A stretch of DNA of 55,208 nt from Saccostrea cucullata (GCF_032062105.1 NW_026933158.1:1-55208), one strand, 5' to 3'; shown: positions 22,587 to 34,875, counted from the first letter of the stretch. Numbers and translations: made by a program. Notes: generated by a model from the letters alone, not told the origin.

Positions 22587-23369
22587 TCAGGGTACCACTG
22601 GAATTATATGATCACAATTTGAAATAGCCTTCAGTGACGTTTTCACTTTGTGAATCAGTTTTAAATATTTAGATTTAAATTTTGGGTTGGACATTACATC
22701 TTCCGGGCTGAGCCAATTGTCTATATCCTTCATCTGGTAACCACAGTTAAAAAGTATTTTGACAATTTTTGTACAGTCATTATGTTCTCCTGTTGCCACA
22801 AGATGGAGGGCAGATTGACCAAGGTCGTCCACAACGTTGACGTCACTTCCGTGCTTGATCAGGTATTCTGCAATTTTAAAATTACCACCCTCCAAAGCTA
22901 TCAGTATGGCAGTTTTTCCAGAGTTGTCTTTTTTGTTCACGTCTGCTCCTGAAAAAAATAATATGATTTTAAAATTTGTTCCACCGGTATCTATGCTATA
23001 CTTAACATCATATTTAAAAAAAAAATATTAAATAGCTTTCGAAATAAATATTTTGATCTTCGTATATAAGTGAATTTTTAAAAACTTACCTGATTTCACG
23101 ATCTTTTTCACCATGTCCATATCGTTCATTTCGACTGCAACCATTAAAAGTGTTCTACCATCATCATTCGTCATGCTGGTATCAGCATAGGGTAGGAGAA
23201 CCTTAAGAGTATCCATATCACCATTAACGATTGGGATAAATATCAGAGGTTCTCCATTTTCATCCAGAACGTTAACATTGGTTCCAGATTTTATTATCTT
23301 TTGGAGTGCAGTGGTGTCTCCATTGTAAACTGCTTCCATAAGGAAAGAGATAGAGATAGAAGCATTCAT
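22587..23369 (-). CDS. ANK-2, ankyrin-repeat-only protein, 213 aa (no promoter of its own)
   Basis: Exons 23369-23090 and 22948-22587 with a phase-1 GT-AG intron. About 5 ANK repeats (NGEPLIF, DGRTLLM, SGKTAIL, LGQSALH). Confidence 0.85.
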
Positions 23370-24114
23370 TTTATTAAGTTTGTTTCAAGTAATTGTTTGT
23401 GAATCAGTTTTAAATATTTAGATTTAAATTTTGGGTTGGACATCAGATCTTCCGGGCTGAGCCAATTGTCTATATCCTTCATCTGGTAACCACAGTTAAA
23501 AAGTATTTTGACAATTTTTGTACTGTCATTATTCTTTCCAGTTGCCACAAGATGGAGGGCAGATTGACCAAGATCATCCACAACGTTGACGTCACTTCCG
23601 TGTTTGATCAGGTATTCTGCAATTTTAAAAGTGCCACCCTCCAAAGCTATCAGTAAGGGAGTTTTTCCAGAGTTGTCGTTTTTGTTCACGTCTGCTCCTG
23701 AAAAAAATATAATCTAAAAATGTATTCTACTGGTATCTATGCTATACTTAAAACCATTTATTAAAAAAAATCACCTTATTACAGCTTTTGAAATAAATAT
23801 TTTGACAATCGTATACAATTTTTTGAAAACCTACCTGATTTCATTATCCTTTTCACCATGTCCATATCGTTCATTTCAACTGCAACCATTAAAACTGTTC
23901 TACCATCATCATTCGTCATGTTGGTATCAGCATAGGGTAGGAGTACCTTTAGAGTATCCATACCACCATTAATGATTGGGGTAAATATCAGAGGTTCTCC
24001 ATTTTCATCCAGAACGTTAACATTGGCTCCAGATTTTATTATCCTTTGGAGTGCAGTGGTGTCTCCTTTGTAAACTGCTTTCATAAGGAAAGAGATAGAG
24101 CTAGAAACATTCAT
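23366..24114 (-). CDS. ANK-3, ankyrin-repeat protein, 203 aa, with its C-terminus replaced at a deletion junction
   Basis: Exons 24114-23835 and 23697-23366. Ends ..KLIHK|QLLETNLIK*, where the last 9 aa come from the ANK-2 5'UTR. Confidence 0.8.
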
Positions 24115-24177
24115 TTTGTTCAGTGTGTTTCAAATAATAGTTATTAAATAACTGTACCAATGTATATAATGTCTGCC

Positions 24178-24430
24178 CTTTTATACGTCTAATCTAATCT
24201 CATTAATATACCAATAACTCTTTCAAAGACATTCTCTGAATCCTATTGGTCGACACAATACCTTGAACTACACAGAGAGAGAAATTCATTTGCTGCAAGA
24301 TTTATCCCTCGGCAGACCACAATTTGTAAAAAATAAATTTACATTTTCCTTGAGTTGTCAAAAAATGAGATTTTTACTTTCATCAATCTGACAAGAGAAA
24401 TTGAGTTTTATAATGAGGTGAAACATATAT
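24178..24430 (-). promoter_or_regulatory. ANK-3 proximal promoter module
   Basis: TATAAAAG (24178-24185), CCAAT, ATTTGCT, GACCACA (24315-24321), TTCCTTGA and GTGAAAC, all shared with the paralogues. Confidence 0.6.
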
Positions 24431-25428
24431 TCCAATTAAACGAATGATACAATGAATCATACAGGAATAAAAAAAATTAATCACTTTATTTATTGGACCG
24501 GTTTTCGTCTCTTTTTTTTTTAGAGAATAGCCAATGGTACACGCAAAAAATTGCAGTTATCGAGTGAAAAGTAATTCGCTTGTTCTAAAGTTAATAAATT
24601 TATTGATTAAACAAATACATCTGTTTTGTTTACTGTTTAATGATTTGTTTGTTTTTTTTTAAATCTGTATTTCTAATCAATTTCTTTTTTAAAGAAGAAC
24701 AATGAAATTTTATTTGAGGAAAATTTATACTTATTAATTCTATCACACCGGGTACATCCAATACACTCATTATACCCTCCAGCCTTGTTCTTCTGTGAGA
24801 CTGAATTAAAATTATTCAGGATTTGTGTCAACAACAAAATTAGTTACTGAACTTGGGAAATATTACAATAAAAATGTTCAACTAATATTATTTTGCCAAT
24901 TACTTAGAATCACTTGAACAATTCAACCGGATTACTTTTTAAATTTTAAATATATCTGAACATGAAATCTTTGGATATTCACTTTCTTCCTCATATTGTA
25001 TTATATTTGTATTTGCTTATGTTCAACTTATTAAGCACGGGAAATTCATAGAAGAAATTCATGCTCTTTAAATCCTACTGAACTTGAAATAAGATTTAAT
25101 ACAGTCTGACACACATGTTTTTATTTGAAAATGTAACGACAAAATATTTTTGGTAGAATAGCATGATAACTTCAACAATTTATAATTTTTTCTTATTTAT
25201 ATAGTAAAATACAATTAAAAGTTGCATTTGCGGTTATACAAGTTTTTTTTCATACAGACAAGTGCTAAAACATGAAAAATTACACATAATAAATTAATTA
25301 TACAGTTTTATTAACAATCTAGTTTCTACTTAAAAAGTTCCAATTCTGTATTCTATAGGGCCGATTTCAAGATTTTTGTAGATTGCTATTTATAATTCCA
25401 AGATTTTCTGTTTATTTACATGACTAAT

Positions 25429-26103
25429 GTAAAGTAATGTCCCTAAATACAAAAATTTCACCAAAATACAATGGAGGAGATATCAAAAATACAGATTATT
25501 TTACATACCTGGGAAGTGTGGTAACACCAGATAGCGGAGCTGACAAGGACAAAATATCAAGATTAGGTAAAGTCAGAGGAGCCTTTGTCAAGCTTAAGAA
25601 TATATGGAAGTCAAGCAACATAAGCAGACATACTAAGATCAAATTGTATAATAGCTGTATACTATCTGTCCTAATGTATGGTGCTGAAAGCTGGAGGTTG
25701 ACTGAAAGTGACATTAAGATGCTATCAAGTTTTCATAATGGGTGCCTCAGAAAGATCTTGAGGATATTTTGGCCAACAAAAATAACCAACAAAAATTTGT
25801 ATGAAACAACCAAAACAACAGACATGAGGACTTTACTAATAAAATACAGATGGAGGTGGATAGGCCATGTCTTGAGAAAGCCCACAAATGACATCATAAG
25901 AGTGGCACTTAGATGGACCCTAGAAGGGAAGAGGAGGAAAGGCTGACAAAAACAACGTGGGGGCGAACAGTAGAGAAAGAGTTTAAGGAGATAAATCTTA
26001 CCTGGGGAGAGATGGAGAAGATAGCTAAGAATAGAGAGGAATGGAAATGCCTAATCCTACATGTAGCCCTATGTGCCTCCGGGTGCAATAAGGACTAGGT
26101 AGG
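25429..26103 (+). mobile_element. 5'-truncated RTE-clade LINE with target-site duplication
   Basis: FTYLGS..SRLGKVRGAF..TKIKLYNSCILSVLMYGAESW..RWRWIGHVLR..KTTW, a (TAGG)2 tail, and a 12-bp TSD tacatg(a/t)ctaat at 25417-25428 and 26104-26115. Confidence 0.92.
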
Positions 26104-26324
26104 TACATGTCTAATAAAGATAGGTGATCAAAGAATATGAAACTCATCTCGACGAATGCAATCAATAAGTAGGCAAATCTAGTGTCGTATTTTTTATTTA
26201 GAGTACATCCGTAATATATCCATGCAGGATTTGTAAAGTAGCTACTTAGAAATGAATTATCTAAAACCGTTCCCTTTGTATAATCAAGTAAATTTTAGTC
26301 GTATCAAGCATTTAAAGCAAGTAA

Positions 26325-26675
26325 CATTATACAATTATTGACTAAGTTCGAGGGCAACGTGCGTTTTGTCGGATCGAGGGTCGACAAAACGCATTTTGAC
26401 CGAGAATATAGTCAATAAGTGTTTTGTTATACCTTTCAATTTTTTTACATACATGTATTTTGTACTGTCTTCCGTGATGTAACATCAGGACCGTCACTTT
26501 TGAACACCAACGTGTGAAAATGAGATTAAGCTCCACCCATTCTGTGACGTAAGCGGTTTAACATCTCATCGACCTGTCCAACATCGCACTCCGCGGTCCA
26601 ACATCGATTTTTTTATGCCCGCTCAGCATTAGAAATGTTAAACCTTTTTTTGAATAGATTTGTATAGGAATAAAT
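26325..26675. mobile_element. Short non-coding insertion with a long terminal hairpin
   Basis: ttattgacta..tgcgttttgtcg-loop-cgacaaaacgca..tagtcaataa (26335-26418). It is absent from the homologous spacer near 30450-30500. Boundaries are approximate. Confidence 0.55.
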
Positions 26676-28768
26676 TCAAGGTAAAACAAATAGTGTCAAT
26701 CACTAAGTGCTCTTTCCATGCATGTTCAATCATAAATAACATATTATAAGAGATATTTGTGAAAAGTAAGTCTAATTCGCGTCAGAAAGTGTTCATTCTA
26801 ATCTACATCATCCATGCAAATTTCGATTTAATTATGGCTAATATTCACTCATTCGCAGAATGAAGGTGTGATACAGCATCCAATGTAGAAGTGTCAATCC
26901 ATCATCATGTTTGTTCTAGATAGAGGTTATAGTTACTAGAGAATAGAACTGCTCCAAAAACTTTCATCCTGGTTATACTCATCTAGAAAATGCAAATCAA
27001 CTTCAGCATCCGAAGCAAATTTGGTAGTGGCTGTCCATTAGATGCATCCTCATCTTTATATATGTACATTTTAGACAAATGAAAGAGTTCTCATTTGTAA
27101 ATGCTATAAAATGACCTACCGGTGTGCTATGTGTACACGTTTTAGATTTGCTACTATTTGTGTCTTTGTCGACCACAATATTGTGGAACAATTTATCTCA
27201 CATAAAAGATATGCATTGAAATGATAAATAATTAGTAACAACGACATAATCTCGTGATTCATTTTTTTCTTGATTTTGCTTGCCTGAAGTTAATGAGACG
27301 TTTTTATTTTTCATGTTTAAATGTTTGTTTCTAAGCTAACTAACATTTAAACATGAAAAAAAAAACAGCCGCCTAAAATTATTTTTTGTTAGAAAATTGT
27401 CATTTCCACAAATATATCTAGTATTTCTTTACAAAACGCAAGTTTTGTTGTAAATAAATAGCTGTATATGAAATAACGTATATTCAGTACGTGTATATTA
27501 CATTAACACAAACGTGTTGGCATTGACTACTCACGATTTTCTACTATTTTTTCCCCTCAATTTCAATATTGACTTATACTGTTTATGGTACCGCGTGTTT
27601 TAATGGTGTTATTATTTTATCTAACAGTTTTCACAAAAATCAAGATATATAATCATAGAATGATTTGTCTTACCTTTTCATATGACTGTTTTCATATAAC
27701 TGTTTTGATGTCACAATATCTGACATTTATTATTCGTAGTCATTCATTGATCTGCATGAAAAGAAATATTCAATGATTTCTCTGATTATTAAGCAGTACA
27801 AATGATTTGTTAATGATTCAAGAAAGATATATATTTCAATTTTCAGAAGAAAAAGAACAAAACTTGAAGAACTGAACTGACTGAAATTCTACAGTATTAC
27901 TATTATATACGTTCATATTTAATAATGAAGGATATGGAGATAACGAACAGTATTCAAAATGAAAGCCCATAAAACAATACAAAAAAGGAGCTGATAATAT
28001 AAGCTAATCTACAATCAAACATTTGCATGACATAAAACCGCCGACTACGTATTTCGTTATGCACATTCATTGAAAAAAATTCTTTTAATCTTTAAGTACT
28101 GCAAATTTTCCGAAAGTTTTACAAGTTGTAAATGTATTTTAAAAGTAGGAAAATTCTTTTCACAGTTTCTTTGTTGACTTTGTACATTAACTTCATATAG
28201 AATATTATATATATTATTTAGCAATTGTTGAGGTGGGGATGATACATAGATGATTTAGACCATAACTCATCTATGCTGCATTTGAGACACGGACAAGAAC
28301 GAGGAATATAGTTTATGTGACTTTTTCATGTACTGTTAAATGGATGTGTAAATAGATACATGCAATGTGAATGCAAAGGTGAAAACAATAATAAAAACCA
28401 AAAAGTTCTTATTGTTTTCAGCATAGTTTTATTCATGGTATATCATTTACGTGAAAATAGTTCTCTCAGATAATCACAGGCTCCTAATGAGTACTTATGG
28501 CTTTTGTTCAAACAGGTATTATTTTCAACATGACTCCTGATTACTATATTCTGATACATGTACATTCACGTTCGCAGAAAATGAAAGCTCTGCTTCTGGT
28601 GACTCCTTTGTAATCTTCATTTATTACATGAATGCTACATGCTCAGTCTTAGTTCCCTCTCTGATCGGAACTCGTATTTTTCTTTACCGTGATATTTCAT
28701 CATGTAAAGAAACATTTCGTATTTATCTGCAAAGGTACAGATTGGCTATTATATCAAAGAAATTGTAT

Positions 28769-29548
28769 TCAGGATCCAACTGGAATTATATGATCACAAT
28801 TTGAAATAGCCTTCAGTGACGTTTTCACTTTGTGGATCAGTTTATAATATTTAGATTTCAATTTCCGGTTAGATATTAGGTCTTCCGGGCTGAGCCAATT
28901 GTCTATATCCTTCATCTGGTATCCACAGTTAAAAAGTATTTTGACAATTTTAGTACAGTCATTATGTTCTCCTGTTGCCACAAGATGGAGGGCAGATTGA
29001 CCAAGGTCGTCCACAACGTTGACGTCACTTCCGTGCTTGATCAGGTATTCTGCAATTTTAAAATTACCACCCTCCAAAGCTATCAGTATGGCAGTTTTTC
29101 CAGAGTTGTCTTTTTTGTTCACGTCTGCTCCTGAAAAAAATAATATGATTTTAAAATTTGTTCCACCGGTATCTATGCTATACTTAACATCATATTTAAA
29201 AAAATATTAAATAGCTTTTGAAATAAATATTTTGATCCTCGTATATATGTGAATTTTTAAAAACCTACCTGATTTCACGATCTTTTTCACCATGTCCATA
29301 TCGTTCATTTCGACTGCAACCATTAAAAGTGTTCTACCATCATCATTCGTCATGCTGGTATCAGCATAGGGTAGGAGAACCTTAAGAGTATCCATATCAC
29401 CATTAACGATTGGGATAAATATCAGAGGTTCTCCATTTTCATCCAGAACGTTAACATTGCTTCCAGATTTTATTATCTTTTGAAGTGCAGTGGTGTCTCC
29501 ATTGTAAACTGCTTCCATAAGGAAAGAGATAGAGATAGAAACATTCAT
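28769..29548 (-). CDS. ANK-4, ankyrin-repeat-only protein, 213 aa
   Basis: Exons 29548-29269 and 29130-28769, phase-1 GT-AG intron, intact frame. Confidence 0.9.
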
Positions 29549-29611
29549 TTTGTTAAGTTTGTTTCAAGTAATAGTTATGAAATAACTGTACTGATGAATA
29601 TTTTGTCAGCC

Positions 29612-30126
29612 CTTTTATACATCTTGTCTAACCTCATTAACAAACCAATAATTCTTCCAGGCATGTTGTCAATCCTATTGGTCAACACAATATCTTTAAC
29701 TACACAGAGAGAAAATTTCATTTGCTGCAAGATTTATCTTTCGGTAGACCACAATTAGTAAAAAAATAAATTTACATTTTCCTTGACTTGTCAAAGAAGA
29801 TGAGTATTTCTCTTCAAAAATTTGACAGGAGAAATGGGGTTTTACCATGAAGTGAAACATATATTCCAGTTGAAATAATTAATTCAATGAATCATACAGG
29901 AATAAAAAATTAATTTGATTTTCACATTGTTTATTGGACCAGTTTCCTTTTTTGAGAGAATAGCCATTGGAACACGCATTAATATTGCCGTTCGCGAGTG
30001 GAAATTTCGTTGACTTATTAATTAAATTAATATTTGTATTTAGTCTTAAATAATATGTTTTTTCTGCATTGCTTATAAACATTTTGGTCAAAGAAGAACA
30101 ATGAAATTTTATTTCAGGGAAATTCC
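29612..30126 (-). promoter_or_regulatory. ANK-4 promoter: TATA, CCAAT, RUNX-type, IRF-like and kappaB motifs
   Basis: TATAAAAG 29612-29619, ATTGG 29676, ATTTGCT 29720, GACCACA 29747-29753, GAAGTGAAAC 29849-29858, AGTTTCCTTTT 29941-29951, GGGAAATTCC 30117-30126. Confidence 0.6.
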
Positions 30127-30592
30127 TACTTATTAATTCTAATAAAAGCCCATCCAAACTATAAACGTTTCAAACATCTTCTCCTGTGAGATTGCTATTA
30201 AAATTATTTAAGATTGTGGTAGTTATCTAGATTTTTTAGATTAACTGCCGAGATCCATGTTTAATTTACACAGGTAGTCAAAGCTCCCCTTGACGAATGC
30301 TATCTGTACATAAGGCAAATCTCATATCATATTTTTCTAATTTGTTTACATCCCCATGATCAATATCCATGAGAAGTTTTGTTTAAGTAGGATGTATCAT
30401 TACTTTAGAAACGAATCTTTTCAAAAAACGTTTACCCTTTTACAAATCAATAAACGTTTGGTCGGATTCCGTATCCAGAGCATGTAAGATAGGATCAAAC
30501 ACTAAATGCACCATTCATGCAAGTTTAATCATAAATATCATAACAGACATTTTTTGTAAATAAGGTCCCATTCGAGTCACAAAGTATGGAAC

Positions 30593-30720
30593 ATATGGAG
30601 ATTACGAACAGTATTGAAGATCAAAAGTCCATAAAACAATACAAAATAGGAGTAGAGCAAACAAAGACCTCGAAAATATTAGAGGTGGATCATGCACCAT
30701 GGAGGAGTGAGCATCCCTGC
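30593..30720 (-). mobile_element. Penelope-like element 3' terminus
   Basis: tatggagattacgaacagtatt..agaggtggatc..ccatggaggagtgagcatccctgc. Confidence 0.75.
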
Positions 30721-30789
30721 AGTATACATGTGTTCTGAATTGTTAATTGAGGCTTTTTCAGAAAAAGGTCTCGATTTTTTTTTTTTTGC

Positions 30790-31067
30790 ATATTGTTTAA
30801 CGTTTCTCTCGAGAATTTTTCACTCATATGGAGAAGCCACCACTTGCCGGTGGAGAGCTGCAAATTTTGTCTTATAATACCCGGCACTTACGGCCATTGA
30901 GCAGTGTGGAATATTTTTCGTGCGACATGGGACTCCGGTTTATACGGTGTCATCCAAAGGACCGGTTTCCACGTCGCACAATGGGATTCTAACCTGCGAC
31001 GTAAGGATCAACTCCTTACTCCACGACTCAAGAATAGACGCTCTAATCATTTTGCCACCAGACGGGC
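30790..31067 (-). mobile_element. tRNA-derived SINE
   Basis: The minus strand has an A-box-like tggcaaaatgattagagc, a B-box ggttagaatccc, a central ggatgacaccgtataaaccggagtccc and the tail ..gaaacgttaaacaata. Confidence 0.75.
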
Positions 31068-33614
31068 GAAGTCTCGTTGGTAAATACTATAATATGACTT
31101 ACAAATGTGCTATTTGTACACATTTTCGATTTGCTATACATTTGTGTCTTTGTCAACCACATCTTTCCATTAATTGATGCACATTTTCTCCAACATAAAA
31201 AAACACATTAGATTGATAAATAAATAGTAAAAGCGGCTTAACCTTATGACTCATTTTATTGACTTTATCAGCCGCCTAAAGATCATTTATCTTGTTTGAT
31301 TTTTATTTTTTAAAAATTATTTTTCTGCATTTTAACTAGTTTCCCTAAATGCACATTATGCTGAATCTAAATATCTGTATATTTTATAACTAAAATTCAG
31401 TACATAACAACCAGACACTAGCGTTTCGATTAACTACAATTTCACAATTATCTACTATTTTTATTTCAGTTTGAATATCAACTTATGCTGTTTATGGTAC
31501 CGCATGATTTAATAATTTAATTACCTTATCTAAGAGTATGCAATATTCAAGATGTATAATCATCGAATATTTATACTTGCGTTTTCAAAAATGATTGTTT
31601 AAATGTTATTATACCTGACATATATTATTCGTAGTCATTTTTTGATCTCCATTAGACATGTTCAATAATTTCTTTCAGTTTTAAGCAGTACAAATGATTT
31701 GTTTAAAATTCGATCATGAAATATATTTTATTGGACCCTTACAAGAAAAAAAAAAGAAAAAAGAATTGATCAGACTCAAATTGTAAGAATTTTTTCTGTC
31801 ATACCATTATATATGAGGGGCATTTCAAAAGTCCTGAGAACTGTGTAATAGAAAATTTACCATTTCACGGAAAATATTTAGTTTGATATCATTGGAAAGA
31901 TCAGAAAAATATACACATATTGTGACGTCACTTTGTAATTTTTATGCATATTTACTTATTTGATACATGCTAATTCATAATAATGATATTTGTTAGATTA
32001 AACTATTGACAAAGTATGTCATAATGCACATTCAATGAGAATCATTTTTCCTTCTAAACTTAGAGTTTATTGCAAATTATCCGTACGTTTTACTCTCTAT
32101 TTATGGATTTAAGAAGGAATATTCACAGTTTCTTCATTTCCTTTAGAATTCCAGATTTTATTTAACAATTGTTGAGTGCAGTATCGTACATCTAAACGAT
32201 AACCTATTTAACTACGTTCGATCCTGATATTTAAAGTCTTAAACTTTTTCAGCCAAGTATATTTTTAGTTTTTGCATACATAGCTTAAGGGGTCAATACG
32301 CTTCTTTTGGCGCTACAGTACATTTAATATGACCTTTTTGCACTGAAATTTGTGTCTTAATCAAAAATAATATTTTTGACGTTTTCCCTCCAATATTTTT
32401 ATCCAATTAAAGCATGAAACAAAATAAACTCTAAGTTTGTTTAAAAAAAGACATTTAAAATTGTGACTAAGAAAAAGTTTCAAATTGCTTCGAATAATCA
32501 ATTATTTGACATTTCTGCACTAATAAAATGTGATTTTTCTGGCATTGAAAATTTAATAAGCAAGAAAATTATTTTAAAGTCTTAAAATTTTTCTGATTTT
32601 AAGCAAATAGGTCAAATTTATCTTGAATATTTAGAAAAGAACATCAAAAGTTGGGGTACATGTATATGATGTAAATTTTCAGATATTACTAAAAAAGTGT
32701 CAATTTTACGTTAAAATTGGTTCAATTTTCCCCCGGATTTTCAGAATATATTTATTATATTTGTCACACTTTGTTGATAGAATTCATAAGAAATAATTTA
32801 ATAGATATTTCAGAACCAGTATAACAAGTACACATTTCACTGCAAAAAACAGCTTTGTGTGCAACCAGGATGGGAAAATAGGAATCCAAAATTAAGAGTA
32901 CTGATATAGTTCAAAATGGAAAAACTGATCATTTTCGTCTAAAAAACCTTCCGCCACAAAATATAGCCCCTAGCTTAATTCTACTTGAAGGGAATTTAAT
33001 CGCGGTTTTTTCATTGAATATAGTTAAATTTGTACTGTATAATTCAGATTTAATGTTAGAACTTATAAACGATGCAGAATTTTATTAATAAAGGACCTGA
33101 CCAAAATATGCTAAAAATCTCAGGATCGAACGTCATTAAGCTGCATATAAAACACGAACAAGAACGTGAAATATAGTTTATGTTTATGTGACTTTCATGT
33201 ACTGTTAAATGAATGCATAAATAATATATACAACATGTATGCGAAGAAGAATAATAATAAAAACAAAAAAGTTTTGTTTTCATTTTTATTCATAGTATTT
33301 CACTTTAGTGAAAATACCTCTCTCAGAAAATCACAAGCTCTTTAACATGGATTTTGTGTACTACATTATGATGCTAGTTCTGATACTAGTACATACACAT
33401 ACATGTTCTTGGAAAATGAAAGTTCTGTTATTGATTACTCCTTTGTAATCTTCACTTTATACATGGATGACCCATGCTCAATCTGAATTCTCTCCCTAAT
33501 CGGCCGAACTCATACCAGTCGCATACTGCTTTACCATGACATTTCATCTTATAAAGAAGAATTTCTTAATATCTGCAAAGGTGCAGATTTGTTTTGTTAT
33601 CATGGATAGTGTAT

Positions 33615-34419
33615 TCAGGATCCCACTGGAATTATACGGTCACAATTTGAAATAGCCCTCAGTGACACTTTCACTTTGTGGATCAGTTTTAAATATTTAG
33701 TTTTCAATTTTGGGTTGGACATAAGATCTTCAGGGCTGAGCCAATTATCTATATCCTTCATCTGGTATCCACAGTTAAAAAGTATTTTGACAATTCTAGT
33801 ACAGTCATTATTTTCTCCTGTTGCCACAAGATGGAGAGCAGATTGACCAAGGTCATCCACAACGTTGACGTCACTTCCGTGTTTGATCAAGTATTCTGCA
33901 ATTTTGAAATTGCCGTCCTCCAAAGCTATCAGTAAGGGAGTTTTTCCAGAGTTGTCTTTCATGTTTACGCCTGAACCTGAAAAATAAATGTAAAGATTTT
34001 TTTGAAAAAAAATATTTCTCTGATGCTTCACTGAAATTCAAATCTAAAAGTCAAAAAATCTACATCTTATAGTTTTAGAAATAAATATTTGAATCATCTT
34101 TTGTGATATCTTTGAAAATTTTGAATCTATAAAACCTACCTGATTTGATTAATGTTTTCACCATGTCTATATCGTTCATTTCAACAGCAACCATAAGAGC
34201 TGTTTTGTAATCATCATTCGTCATGTTGACGTCAGAGTAGGGTAGGAGAACCTTAAGAGTATCCATATCACCATTGACGATTGGGGTAAATATCAGAGGT
34301 TCTCCATTTTCATCCAGAACGTTAACTTTGGTTCCAGATTTTATTATCTTTTGGAGTGCAGTGGTGTCTCCATTGTAAACTGCTTCCATAAGGTAAGAGA
34401 TAGAGGTAAAAACATTCAT
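33615..34419 (-). CDS. ANK-5, ankyrin-repeat-only protein, 213 aa
   Basis: Exons 34419-34140 and 33976-33615, phase-1 GT-AG intron, intact frame. Confidence 0.9.
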
Positions 34420-34875
34420 TTTCTTAAGTTCGTTTCAAGTGATAATTATGAAATAACTGTACTGAAAAATATTTTGTCAGCCTTTTTATATATCCTATCT
34501 CATTTCATTAACATACCAATAATTCTTTCCATGGCATACTCTGAATCCTATTGGTCGACACTCAAACAAATACACCAGCTCATTTGCTACAGGTTTTATC
34601 CTTCGGTAGACCACAATTTGTCAAAATTAAATTTACATTTTCCTTGACTTGTCGAAGGAGATGATTTTTTTTTATTTCATACACTTTCAAAGGAGAAACT
34701 GGGTTACACAACCGAGTGAAACATATACTCCAACTGCGAACATAAATTCAATGATTCATACATGAATAAGAAATTATTTTGATTTTTACTTTGTTTATTG
34801 CACGTGCATCCTTTTTTAAAACGACAATAGAAATTAAAACGCAATAAAATTACTGTTCTCAACTGGAAGTCAACA

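Noticed and set aside
28769-28830. Possible SOCS/BC-box or F-box in the ANK tail (SLKAISNCDHII)
   Set aside because: The Cys and hydrophobic spacing do not fit (S/T/P)LxxxCxxx-phi, there is no Cul-box, and the segment is not kept in ANK-6.
28769-29548. Natural DARPin-like diversified binder repertoire
   Set aside because: The size fits, but most canonical binding-face positions are invariant among paralogues; only one or two vary.
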